The position numbers and the translations under genes were made by a program. 35,679 bases of DNA from Tubiluchus corallicola (lineage: Eukaryota > Animalia > Priapulida), in contig JAQGDQ010001539.1 in NCBI GenBank assembly GCA_030141605.1, forward strand, positions 1 through 35,679, read 5' to 3'. Within the stretch, counting starts at the first letter, position 1; each line of letters begins with the position of its first letter. This document shows positions 10,054 to 23,200 of the stretch, in pieces. Under the pieces are notes generated by a model. The model had not been told where the DNA came from. It ran no database searches and saw nothing but the letters and a program-made list of their open reading frames with translations.

Positions 10054-13000
10054 AGTTAGATGACAATCCTGATTGTCTCTGATAACGAAATAAGTTCTGG
10101 TTCTTTCATAATGTACAACGGTTATATTGACTCTTTTACTTCGATTTACAGGACGCATAATTGCACAAAAAACATTTATCCAATCACAGACAAGCATTTT
10201 TGGAAAAAAGTTAGCCACACCTGACTTTAGCGAATTTAATCTATACATAAATACTATAGTCATATAATTACACACATATATTTTTAGCGTCTTATGGGGC
10301 TTATTATCTTTTTATAATATTTCTTTATTTATTTATATTACAGACTTATTCTCACCAGCTCGTTCGAATATTTGTACTTTCAAATTCTAAAGAGTAATTA
10401 ACATATAGGACTACTCATTCTGTGTTATTTTTTCAGTTTAGATGTCAAAGTTGGTTTAACACTTTAAACACCAAATTACACAAACTGAACTTACTCATGA
10501 ATTCCAACACTTATAACGAAAGCGTTCCCATGCTAGTAAGTGTTGAGAAGTTAGTTGTACTTATTTTTTTGAATACTTTGTGTTTTCAATATAAAATAAA
10601 AAAAAACTCTGTCATGAACAGCAAAGAACTTCGCTTGAAGATAAATGAATGGTTTGTCAAACCAGTTTGGTCAAAACTAGTCCAAGGTTTTACTTACTAC
10701 TAAAAATCTACTGACTATTGTTTTGTTTGCTGTTTGTATGTCAACATACAGGTTTGGCAAAGAATTTTTTATATAGCTGTTACAATTACTGTACCAAACC
10801 TAGTATTACGTCACTGAGACAGCAGCGCTATTATATCCAAACTGCCAGTAATCATTGAACGTATTGAATAGGGAGACTCGTTATGATATTGTCAATCAAC
10901 TGCAAGTTATGATTAAGAAATCACAGTAATCAATAATCAGGTGATTACGGAATGATTAAAAAATAAAAGCTGCAGTGCGTTTCGCCGGCAATAGATGGCG
11001 CAATGACAACAACATAGAATGAGGCGCAGTACATAATTACCGCGCGGTCTAAAATACACACAACGGCCTGACACACCCCGGGTGATGAATGCGAACATTC
11101 TTATAAATAATCAACAAAAATATACAAATATTTACTAGAAATAAATTATAGGAGGAGTGGTAGCACATTACGCTATTAGTAATAAAATGAACAACATATC
11201 AGTGGAAGTATGCCTGTTTTGTTTTAGTTCGTAACGCTGATAACAGGTGGCAATTTACATGAGACTTTCTTAGTTATTGCTAGTTTTTGTTTGCCTGTTT
11301 CTTGCTTCCTACCTTTACTTGTATATCTGCATGAGTGTACCAACTTAGATCCTACTTACCTTTACCTACCTACCTCCCTTCGTATTTGTACATCAATGAG
11401 GTGTTGCAATGCACTGCCTTGCATTCGTTTTATGATCTGCAAATGCAGTTTTAATTTACCATTCATTCGGAAAATGCTTCAGCACTTAAAAGTTGTTTTG
11501 AATATTCAGATCCCTAACATATACGTACACGCACACGATGCAGTTTTAAGACATAGTGAACAACATACTATGTAATGATCTTATCATTGAAAGGAGGCCA
11601 GATGAGTGACAATCTTATGTTAAATACTAATCATTAATCTCTCCATAAAATAACTAACAGAATGATTTATGAGTAATTGTTTTGTTTGTCTGCAGCGTCA
11701 CTATGTTTCAAAATTGAAACTGTGCGTACGTCTTGTTTTTTATTTTTTCACTAATAAATATGAAATATTTCCACGGCATACCGGTCTTTCCAATGCGATT
11801 TTAATCTTATGCCTAATGCACTATAGGGGCTATAGTAAATACTGTTCTGCCTCGCACTTTTCTCCAAACCCGTTTCTATGTGAAAAGTTCACTATGTTCC
11901 CCGAGCTTTGACAAACTCTTCAAGAACATAATAAGCTTTCCCATTCATTTCCTTCTAATCTTCTTAGTTTTTTCTTCTTCTAACTACAGCAGCCACTAGT
12001 TTACCTTCGTTTAGCAACTTTTTATTACGGCCTAGCCTTCTGTTTGTGGCACTTTTTGCTGTAAATACCAAGTTTCATGTAGGGAAAACCACTAAACCAT
12101 GTTGTTAGTAGGCCAAAGTCAGCTATAGAGGGATATCAAATTACTTTTATAATGCCAATGTCAATTATGTTATCAGATTCATTATTTGTTTAAGAAAGCA
12201 TAACTGGTAAATGCATTCGAAGGAATGTTAGTCGCGAGCATTTATTTAATTTTAGCACGTTTAAACATTCTTACAAGATATCCACTGGTTTAGCTAAAGT
12301 AACCTATTTTAGCCGCATTTGCATTATTTGTGCATACAGTGTATCAAAAAGAAAATATCACAAAAACGCAAAAAATGTGGAACATGTTAAAGAGGTCTAC
12401 GGCAATAATTTGAGGTGATAATTGTAAAATGCGTGTAGCTATTGTGCCCAATTATTGTTTTTGTCTTAACGCTGGTTCTAGAAACAACAGCTGCTTAATA
12501 ATCCATTACAAAGCCAGTTTTTATTATTTAAACACTAACTTTGGTAGATGGCGCGACCAACGTGCAACAGTGCGTAATAATAGTACAGACATTACGAATA
12601 GCATGACATCTAGTGACAAAAGAATGAAATACTATACTCTAGTGTTCCTTTAACAATTTTATTAATAAATGACGTCTTAAAATTGTAGTTTAATTGTTTT
12701 GTGCACTTGTGCTGCCACCTGCAGTCCTGCACGCCAAGCTTATCTTGCACTAATGGCTTGTTTGAAACTTTATTATATATACTATATACGTCAGTTACTA
12801 TTAATCCCGGGCCAAAACTTGTACATGCTGAAGGGATTCTGCCGCATAAACAGACATTAGTTGAATTTACGTGATTCGAATTCAAACTGCTACATGCTAA
12901 ATTCCTGAATTAAGGACTCAGATTATTCTCTTACTATCGAATGATTGCAGTTTGTTCAACCTAAGACTCGAATAGCATAACTTCTTAATTAGTCAATTAC

Positions 13001-13935
13001 GGGTTGACTCATTAGAACTGTTTTCAGAAATAATAGTCCCTGTCCAGGCATACAGAGAATGCGGTATTACGAGGTATTTTGAAGAAAGATGTTGCAAAGT
13101 CCAGTCAAAGTTATTTCCCCACAACGAAAAACTGATTATCGATGCACATGTAATGTATATGTATATGTTTATTGCGAAATAAATCTACTAAATCTAAATC
13201 TTAAACCTAAGAGGTACACATCGTCCGGCTGTGATCGGTCAGTAAAACAGTAAAATTAAGTAAGTAAAACCGTGATAGTATACAGCAGATGCACGTACAG
13301 ATACCTAACTAAACTTAATACTGCTTATAGTACAATGGTTACACAATGAATTAATTTTGCTCTTAGCTGTAGGTATTTTTCCACTCCCACCTATATATCT
13401 GCATTATGCAGCTCCACGTGGCGTGGATGATTACTTATTCGGGTGAGCTAGGTGAACAGGTGAGAGGTATGTACGGAATGTAGCGGGGACCGGTTGAGTC
13501 GGCAGGCAAGTTTACCTGCAGCTGTTTCGTTGCTTGTGTTTAAAGTTTCCGGGCGCGTCCGGACGCATCGTATACTGGGTCAGCGTCAAGGTATCTGTTA
13601 AACACACACCAAAAACAAAGCGCTGACTGACTTCTGGTATCCGAAGAGACTCTGGGAGTTGTCTTCAGCCACGTTCTGCAAACGAAGCATCCAAAACAAG
13701 GAACGGATTTTCCACGGCTAAGTTTTTGTATGTGGCCACGTCAATAAGGAAGGCCTAGTTCGTGAAACATCTTGGTGTTTTTTAAAAGCGTGCTTTGGTC
13801 TACTGGACTTTTTCTATCCTATCGAAGGATACCTTGTTTTAATCGTTCGCTATGGTACAAGTTTGATAAGATTTGGTCACCTAAACGGAAGTTGTTTTCA
13901 TGTAGTGGCTGTGACACGGCAATAAAGATACCAAG

Positions 13936-14209
13936 ATGAGTATTCTCTGTGCGTTGGTCTTTGCCTTGAATCTCCATGGAGCTTTTGCCGCACAGTTATA
14001 CACTGGTGGCGCAATTGCTGGCGTTTTCTTTGGGACTTTCATAGGAACCATTGCCTTATGTGCTGCCATTTTTACAATCTGGTATTACAAAACTCATGGA
14101 AGGTGCCCCGGTAGTAAGGCGCCTCCAAAAAAGAGGGACGTGGAGGAAGGTAACCACGCCTACACAAACCCAAATTTCCTCGACGAAGTTGATATAGTGA
14201 AAAGCGCAG
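13936..14209 (+). CDS. PDZ gene coding exon 1: signal peptide, TM helix, YTNPNF motif
   Basis: MSILCALVFALNLHGAFA-AQLYTG-GAIAGVFFGTFIGTIALCAAIFTIWYY-KTHGR..., with donor CAG|GTAAGG at 14210. Confidence 0.8.
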
Positions 14210-17200
14210 GTAAGGCGAACACTATTGTAATTGTAACTGTTTTAGGGCATTTTACCTTGATTAACACAACTGCCACATGTGTGAAACACTCTCTAGAAGC
14301 ACGAGGTTTGGTTTATCCGCTTTTCGTCATTGTACAGTGAAAGAACTTTTTCAACGAAAATAGTTTTAATGTTGTGACATAAAAAATCCATTGTCAGCGT
14401 AAATGAGGTAAATCACCTACTTAACAGCTCCCGGATCTTTATAATAATAGTGCAGTAGAGTGGGCTCTACCTCGGAGCATCAATCGAGAGATGCTGCAAT
14501 CCTATTTTGCTTACAAGCAGACCTTGAATTATAAGAGTTAATGTTCAAAATGGGAAGATACTATCTACTACGGTTCAGTGCTGAGACATCAGCCCTTGAG
14601 GTCTTAAACTCCTTTCTTATCATGTAGGTCTTTCATTCAACACTCCATTAGTGCAGATACAAGCTACGGCAGTCCTAATTCACATTCGCTTTAAAATAAT
14701 AATTAATATTGCGCGTATTTTCATGTCTACAATAATTAAAACCAAGGCGTTGCCAAATCCCAGATGTAGTCAGCCTTGATTCTGCAGCGGAAATTAAAAC
14801 TCTATTAATTTGCCAGATCTGACACGCCTTTGCCATCGCAATACATCAGCCATTGTGGCCAAAAATTCGAAATGTGATGGTTTGTAAGGCAAAATGTGGA
14901 AGTAATGATTTTTGAGCTTAGGACAGTGAGGCTGCTATAGGGCCAGCATGACATTTGAGTAACTAATGTATTGATTGACCAATCTGGTGGGAACCGTTAG
15001 TAAAGGACCCCACTGGAAAGTATGGACCAGCAGTCTTTTGCAAGACTCACGCTGTCAAGCACGCAGCCTTGATAGCTGTTCTCTACTGTATTAAACTTTA
15101 CATTACACTGCAGATAGCCATTTATCACATTTTGATTAAATGTTATTCTTGGGTTAATCAGCTTGTATAAAGATTCGAACCTGTGAGGCCCAGTGTCTCC
15201 ATAGAATATTATTATCCTTGATTCCGGTGCCTCCACAAGCATTGACAACACACTGCTTGCGTGCAGTGTGACGAACTGTATGTAAAAATATTCGCAAAGA
15301 GACACAATAAGTTTGACGGTAAAACTAACCTGTTTTCTGACGTGCCCACTGACATGGTCTGTCAGAGTGTCATTATTTGGCTATCGTTCATTCGCTTGTG
15401 TGACCCCAAATACGTTTGAGTAATGATTTCTGGTACTTATGATAAAATTCTCTGTATTCTCTCACTGTATAGTAACTTTACCACTGAGACATTTACCTAA
15501 TAAAAATGCACATAATTATTGTAAAATTCAATTATTGCAACGGGGGTCTTCTTAACTTTAAATCTGTAAAAGAATTTTTACTTATCAGGCTTGTGTATAG
15601 TCTTTCATTCACTAATCTCGGTAACAAAGAGATTAACCTCTCTTTACGGTAATGCATAGAACACGTCTAAAACCAAAATCCTTTTCTAATAGTAAAGCAA
15701 ACACAAATTAAAGCCTTACGATAAATAAACTTGTTAAACTTTCTTTGTTCAAGATGGTAGTTAATTGCATGAACGGGTGTATTTGAGTTCCTGATTGAAC
15801 CCAGCAGGATGTTATAATGATTAGACCCTTAGCTTGCACAGGTTTGGAGCAGAGGTTAAATTTCTTGCTAAAAATGACACCATTTGAATGAATAATATTG
15901 AAATTTGCCTATGCCCCCGTTATAGTTCCTTCAGGTATGACAGCCGTAACTGGGCCTATACCCTGGTAATAATAATTAACGGATGAACAAGCGTTACACT
16001 TCATTGAAAAGTAGGAAGCACTGGATATAGATGAGAGTACACAATGGCAGACCTTGTTAGTCGTTTAACAACAGGTTTTACCAGGGCGCATGGATATTCA
16101 CACGCATTCAGTCTGATTAGTAAAAAGCGTGTGAGTAATAGCATTATCCATTATTATTGCCGCCTTTGAGTAAAAATGCGTCTTTTTGTTTGTTTTTCGA
16201 TTATGAACAGAAAGTTTCTATGCTGCCACAATTGGTGGTCTAAGCTTTTATTTGAGATCCCATTTCTGTAAATCTTACTGTTTTAATCAATTACGTGCGG
16301 CCAATGCTGACAGTACGATACGCATGAACGCAAAAACATCGTAATTCGCGCTCTTCAAAATTACGTATTGCGTAATTTCGCCGGAACGACCTTTTTTTAC
16401 AAAGTAGGCCGTCTTTACAGATATCTTTGTAACATCTTTAACATTGACATTAAACGTGGGTTAGTATTCGGTTGCTGTGTGTCTGTCCAGAAGTGTTTTT
16501 TACTTTTCAGTTAATAGTTCATTGTCTTACATTCCAAACCAGTTTGACAAAACAAAATATCAAGTTGTTTTCTGACCACGCAGCAAATTATGCAGTAATT
16601 TGTTATAAGTTACTTTCAGCATTATGTGATACTCTTTACAATACTTCACACTATATCCTATTTTGTAGTCACTAGGCTATGGCCTGTAAAATGGAACGTG
16701 GCATGGTTACATGGCACGTGTACAGGCTTGTGCAAAGATCACCCAAGATGAAAACTCAAATAATAATAATAATAATAATAAGAATAATAAAGATCCACTT
16801 AATTCACAGAAGAAAATTAAGCTGTAGAAACAAAGGGGCACGAAACACAGCAGCACAAAAGTAACATACATTTCGTTCTATTTCCATTGTGGTTCATAAA
16901 AATAAATTAACTCCATGCACGTAAGAATCCTACTCTGCGTTTCTGAGTAATTCTATTAAGTAAGATTTTATTTACGCTTTTTTATAAAATAATGGCGTCG
17001 TGTTTATTGATTTTTTGTTGAAGGAAGACTGCTTCAAAGTTTGATGCCTGCATAGTAAAATGTAGTTATTGTCCAAGTTCATTTAAAACTCTTGCCAATT
17101 CAAAAGGACGATGAGTATGTCAAAATACACGCCTATGTCACGCTAGGCGTATTCCTAAGCAACTCTGTCGGTTCAGTAAGTTATCTTATAGTATGATACT

Positions 17201-20200
17201 TGATAATGATAAAAGTTACGGTACCGCCACAACCAGTAGCACAGTAAGAAAAGCCTGCCGCGTGTGCTGGATATTAACTTGAAGATGTAGTGCGCAAAGC
17301 TGTATGAAAACATCACGCAAGTGAATATTTTTGTGGTTCCTCGGCACCAAACTTGTTATTCTAGTTAATTTGTTTGGATTAGAATTCAATCAGTCCAGTG
17401 CGCAATGGGATTGAATCAGTGCTAGAAATCGAAAGTTTTTTTAGAAAAAATTTGAATTACTTTCTCTTATGCTGCAAAAAATTGAGCTTTAAATTAGACG
17501 CGTGCCTGGGGAAACGAATCCACCAGGAAAGCAAATATCAGCATCCACACGTAGAGCTTCGTTCAGCTTCGCATAGAACTCTTTGACTGTTGCACTCAAA
17601 GCAAAGATACTGGTCCAAAACTGTACGACTCTAGGTAAAAAATGAGCATATTCTATTTGTGCGCTAATGTGCTTCTATTTTACTAATATTAATAAAAAAC
17701 CACGGTCAAAATGGCCCCCTTGAGGAATTCCACGTCAATTATATTTCTGAATTTTCTTTCTCAACATTTCAAGCAATTTTTTTCGCCGCTTTAAATAAGT
17801 AATTACATAAGTTTCACGACTCTGCCATCAACTTATTGTGCTAAAAGTACAAACCGGTAATTTGTTCAAACGCCGGTTTTGGTTTCATCGTGATGACTGT
17901 TGTTTTGTAACGCATATATAATGGCATTTAAACACTTCATGACAAGAAAATGTTGATAAATATGAAAAATCGTAGTTATCAACGCTGCTTAAAAGTCGGC
18001 CATGGTCATCACTATATGCATGGAGCAATCTACCTGTCTGAACAAGTGACAATAGCTGCCTAGGATGAGTAAACAGAAAATTCCTCTCAATTCTTCAAAA
18101 AACTGTGCAAAATTGTGTCCTTGAAACTTCGACTTAAGCTTTTTATGAGTGTTCAGCTTTTAATGTGAGAGTGTTTGAATGCAGGAAATGTACATTCCTG
18201 AAATGTGTGACTTCTGTGTAGAATATGTGAGCTTGTGTGAGAAATGCGTGCGTGGAGCGTGAGCACTTGTGTGAAAGATTGCATGTGTGAAAAAATGCTA
18301 ATTTTGCGCTATTTTCTTAAAGCAAAATCGGTACCAATCTTAAACTGTGTGTCAAAACAATCTACTCTTTAAAATATTGAAAGGAAAGGTACTATTTTTT
18401 CAAAAATGACTTACCTGGAGGAATTATTACCAGACAAACGCAATTTCGCGTTCGCGGCAACAGTTCTTCGCTGTGAGAATAGTTTGTGACGAACTGCACA
18501 CGTTCGACAGCTTATGCGTGAACACAGCGTTAAATTTGAAATTTGAATATTTATCTTAAAACTTGCCCAGTTTTAGTGCAACACGCTGAATATCTTACTG
18601 TAGCACTGTACTTCAATTTTCTTTTTCGCAAACACGTGCAACACGCTCATGAAATATTTTTACTGTTAAAAATTATGTTCGATTGTGATGTCATCAATAG
18701 TCGGGCTCGCCTGTCGTTAATTAAGTTTTTAATCTATTATTTAATTATCAGAAACGCTTTTGCAGTATTAATTGTGTTAAGATGTATACTTTTTATCGGA
18801 TTTGAAAATGGGGTAGTATATGGAAAATCGTCCTGTCTTCCTTTAAATATATTGATGCAAACAATGCCAGTGACCACACAAGGCAAGTGGCTGCAAACTG
18901 CGGGTTAAATACCTGAAAATTTACAAAAACTGGGCATTTTTTTGTTCATGTAGTGGTCACCACGGATTAAATAACACAGTTTAAATTTCTGTTTCCATCT
19001 ATGGTTTTGCATGTGTCACAAAATTACCGATAAGTCAACCTAAATAAACAAGATAATCGTGGTAAAGCATAAACAAAATATTAATACCACCATAAATGTA
19101 AGTTTATCTTTTCATTTGCAGAAGTTCCGGCTCAAGCAGACGGAAAAGCCAGCACCCAACCTAAGACGAAAGACAAGAAGGTGGGTAGCTTGTTAGCACT
19201 TTCTTGATCTGCACTTGCTGCGTTTAAAGCAAAGCCGGACCCAGTCTTAAACTGTAGCTCAAAATTATCTATCCTAATAAAATATTGAAATGGAACGTAA
19301 TATTTTTTTCAAGAATGACTTACGTTAAGGAATTATTACCACACTAACACAATTTTGCGTCATTAGTTCTTCCCTGTTACATGCATGTCGCCATTCGCTA
19401 GTTAAACGTGCACTAGCGCCTGCATCTGTTGCCCAAAAACAGGTGCTGTACCTTTCATTTCAGAAGTGTTTAGTTGTGAAGTAGTGCACATGTTTGAGAG
19501 CTCAAGCATGAGCACAACGGTAAACTTAAATTCTTAAATTTAAAATTTACCGAGTTTGTGTACTGTAGTGAATGTTCTACTGTAGCACTGTACTTCAGTT
19601 TTCGCCTTCGCAAAAGCGTTTAACACGCTCATGGAGTGTTTGTGACTGTTGAAAAATATGTTCACTTGTGATGTCATCACTAGTTGGGTTCGTCCACCGT
19701 TAATTAAGTTTTTAATCTATCATTTAATTATCAGAAACGCTTTGGCATTATTATAGGTGTCAAACTTTGTACTTTTTTCTACCGTACGTCAAAATGGAGT
19801 AGGATACTATTCATTTAATACTATCATAGACTGCTGTTATAAAATTTTGGTACTGTTGGCTGTATAAATAACAGAAAACTCTAAAAAAATTGGCTCGTTC
19901 GTAACTCGTTTTTATCTGCAAATTAAATTCAGAACTTCTTATATTTTACACTGATTACATATTTTGCTGGCTATCAATAAGCATTGCGCCGTTAATACTT
20001 TTTAAAGAAACAATAATGATGCTACAAGATAACCAAAATACTTCTAGAATAGTGTCGTGCTTCAACGTGCGAAAGAACCCAAGAGCTCTTAATGTAAAAA
20101 AGATCTTAAGATTCTCGCACTTCTTACGTTTTGGCTTTAGTTGTCTGAATACAACACAGACGCATCCCTGTGCTTTGCTCTAACTACACTTGTAGCCTAA

Positions 20201-23200
20201 ATAAATCATACAGGTCTGCTTGCTGTGTGCCTAACATTATTACTGCATTTTTATTAAAAAAAACATTCAGGTAAACAATTGTGAAAGGAAGGATTCAAGA
20301 TGTTAGTTTCCTCCGCCGTTAAAATATCCAGGATTATTGTGAATAATGTGGTCACGCAAGTTATGATTATCTTATAAACTGGTTTCTATAATCTCCCCCT
20401 GGCATTAATTTGCACGGTGTACATTTCTGGAAGTGTGCCAACGAAGAAGCTACCCAGTCAGACTTCAAATATGTTTTGGTCAATTTTTCACAATTGTCAA
20501 ATAAATTATTTTCTTATTCAATCCTTATACAAATTACAAAATAATATTTGTAAACCTATAACTCAGTTCAAGTGGTAATCTAACGAGCCGTCGTAATACT
20601 GTTGCGCACCGCACCTTAGCGTTCATTTGTGTGAGTAAATGTAGTTAAAAAGGCATTCACACAATAGTGCAAATTTGTATATTTACAACCGTCGTGCAGA
20701 GTTTTATGCAAATTTATGTGCGTTCAAAAGTATTGTTGTTAGACCTGTGAACATTTGCCAAACTCTGATTCCGCAAGAAACTATAAAAAGTACTCATTTG
20801 AATGATCGTGACTTTCCAAACAATTCTTGATCATTTTTCACAGTTTTGGCGGTGAGTGTGCGGTTGTGGCCGGGTGTAGAGTTCCAAAATTGACGTTTGA
20901 CAAAAATGTCAGGCCAGGTTAAGAAAAATGCTACACCATAGTCACAATTAGAGCATTTGGAGGCGTGTTCCTAAGGATGAAGGTGGGGCTTATTATACAT
21001 GTAAACAATGGACACACACGTATCCTGTATGACAATTTGTTCCACTAAATTGCAGGAAATTCATAAATGGAGCGCGCAATTATCGTTACTGTTTCAAGTT
21101 CAGAGCTCTGTGTTCATAAAACAGTGGACTATTTAAGCAGTATACGTTTGGCCATTGAAAACAAAAAACAGTGCTCTCTCAAAAGGCACACAAAAGTATG
21201 CAGAAGTGATTTTGGTTCGTATTAACTCGTAACACTTACCTTTACGTAACTGTAAACGTCGGACGAAATACATTTAGATCAAATATCGAAGTAGCTCCTG
21301 AAACAGCTGGGCAGTGTTGACCGAAAAAGGTGGACAACTCGACTGATTCATTTCAATTCCTTGAGCCACCTGATGATAGACAACCGAGCTGACCTGACAA
21401 ACAAATGAGTAGGTGACGGTCAAGCAAAAGTCAATTGAAAAGTGAATATATTTACACAAAATCTGCAGGATTTAGCAGTACAGGACATCGATGTTCAACA
21501 TACTGCGATAAAAACATGCAGCTGCAAAAAAACAAGGAAATGGTAAAATTCATAAAAAAATAGGTGTTGAAAGACATTCTCAGTAGTAACAACAGTTAAG
21601 AGTGAATGATAATGGTGGTGATAACGATAACGTTGATGAAGACGAGGATAATAACAGTGATTTTATTAAAGATAAGCATTAGTCTTATTGCCAAAAATCT
21701 ACCACATCCACCACGATCGTCAACAATAACAACAGTACGAGATACGAGAGTTAAAAGCAAGAAAACAAAAGCAACGTGCCATTGCCTCATATATCAGTGA
21801 ATAATGCACAATCAGCACAGCAATAGTCATAAATGTGCACGAGAACTGCTATAATATTAAAGTACCTAGTATTTATGCAATTTTTATTTCTCTCTGCTCA
21901 AAATTTCAGAAAAAGGTTCAATAAAAAATTCCACAATTCAAACGCAAAGAAAAAGAAAAAGGGCACAACGTCTCGAGTTACCATTGTAGTTATTCAGGTG
22001 AAAAAAAAAACAATGAACAAAAAAGAGGAAAAAATCACAAGGTATTTCTAGAAATGAAATGATGTTTATTTTTGGGTTTTTTGTTTATAATTTACATAAA
22101 AAAAGCTAAACGGATATTATAGTTAAAAACGATATAAGCACGTAGAAAGCACACAGAAGCACTGCAGATACAAAACACAAAAGAGAATCACAGAAGTGTA
22201 AAATCACTAGCCAGAGTCACAACAGTATAATACACGTTTACACTGCTAACTATTACTGATCAAAAAATTAGTTCAGTACTTCCTGTGATTCCTCGTGATT
22301 TTTTCTCTTTCTATCCTTTTTCCGCCTGAAAAAGAACTGCAGTGGTAGTTTGAAACGTTGTGCCTTTTCTCCTTGTTTTTTAATTGTGAGATTTTTTTAT
22401 TCATTGTCACTATAGTTATCAAAAAGAATTTACCTGTTTTAGGCAAGATGGTTGCAAAAAATGTTTTAAATAGTAATCTATCGTTCCAGATTGCAAAATA
22501 ATTAATTATGGCAGAGTGGGTTGAGGCAGAAAGGCAGGTTTGACGAAGATTGGGAAACTGGGATGTCGAGATATTTTACTATTGCTCATGGTTTGTTTAT
22601 ATAAGACAAATCATATTAACGTCGTACAGGTTGATCAGAAAAGTGTTGCCTGATTTGCACGAGCAATGGTCGAAAAAATAGACAATGACGGAGACCTGTC
22701 TCACTAAACGTCAATTAATCTTATATAGTCACATTAATTAATTGAATGTAGTTCTTTGAATTAAAAAAATAATTAACCAATTGCGCAATAGTTTTCAGAA
22801 TAACTAAGTTTACTGGGCGTCTTATTTCAAACCAGTCACGCATTTCCCAACTAAAATAAACTAGAACATCGACTTCTTTTGCCTCCCCTGTCTAACCTCC
22901 CCGGTACGCTATAGCCAATTCTACCTCCATTTCTTCATATTACATTGCATATGGAAAACGACAAACGCGCTAGTTCGTTAGCTTGAGTCTATACTAATGT
23001 AACCTGACAATTATAAATGTTTCCTTAACACGTATTTTCACCAAATCCCACAATGCACTCGTGTTCTTGTTTAAGCTTTTTGTTTGAGTGAGACAACGAA
23101 ATGTTAAGCTGGGAAGCGAAAGCCGCCATTAAACTAGTCAAAAAATGTTGTGTGGGAAAATGAATAGTCGCGTCTTTTGACCTCAAATAGCCTCGGGTCA

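Noticed and set aside
13380-13935. Possible promoter of the PDZ gene (TATATA near 13392, E-box and CRE-like words, higher GC content)
   Set aside because: The location is plausible, but the motifs are short and the start site or any 5' UTR exons cannot be fixed from sequence alone.
14210-14340. C-terminal part of ORF 13936..14340
   Set aside because: It is read-through past a strong CAG|GTAAGG donor into the intron.
21998-22041. Candidate Lys-rich exon (VKKKTMNKKEEKITR) bounded by AG and GT
   Set aside because: Its 44 nt would break the frame between exons 2 and 3, and it lies within the arm of a degenerate inverted repeat.
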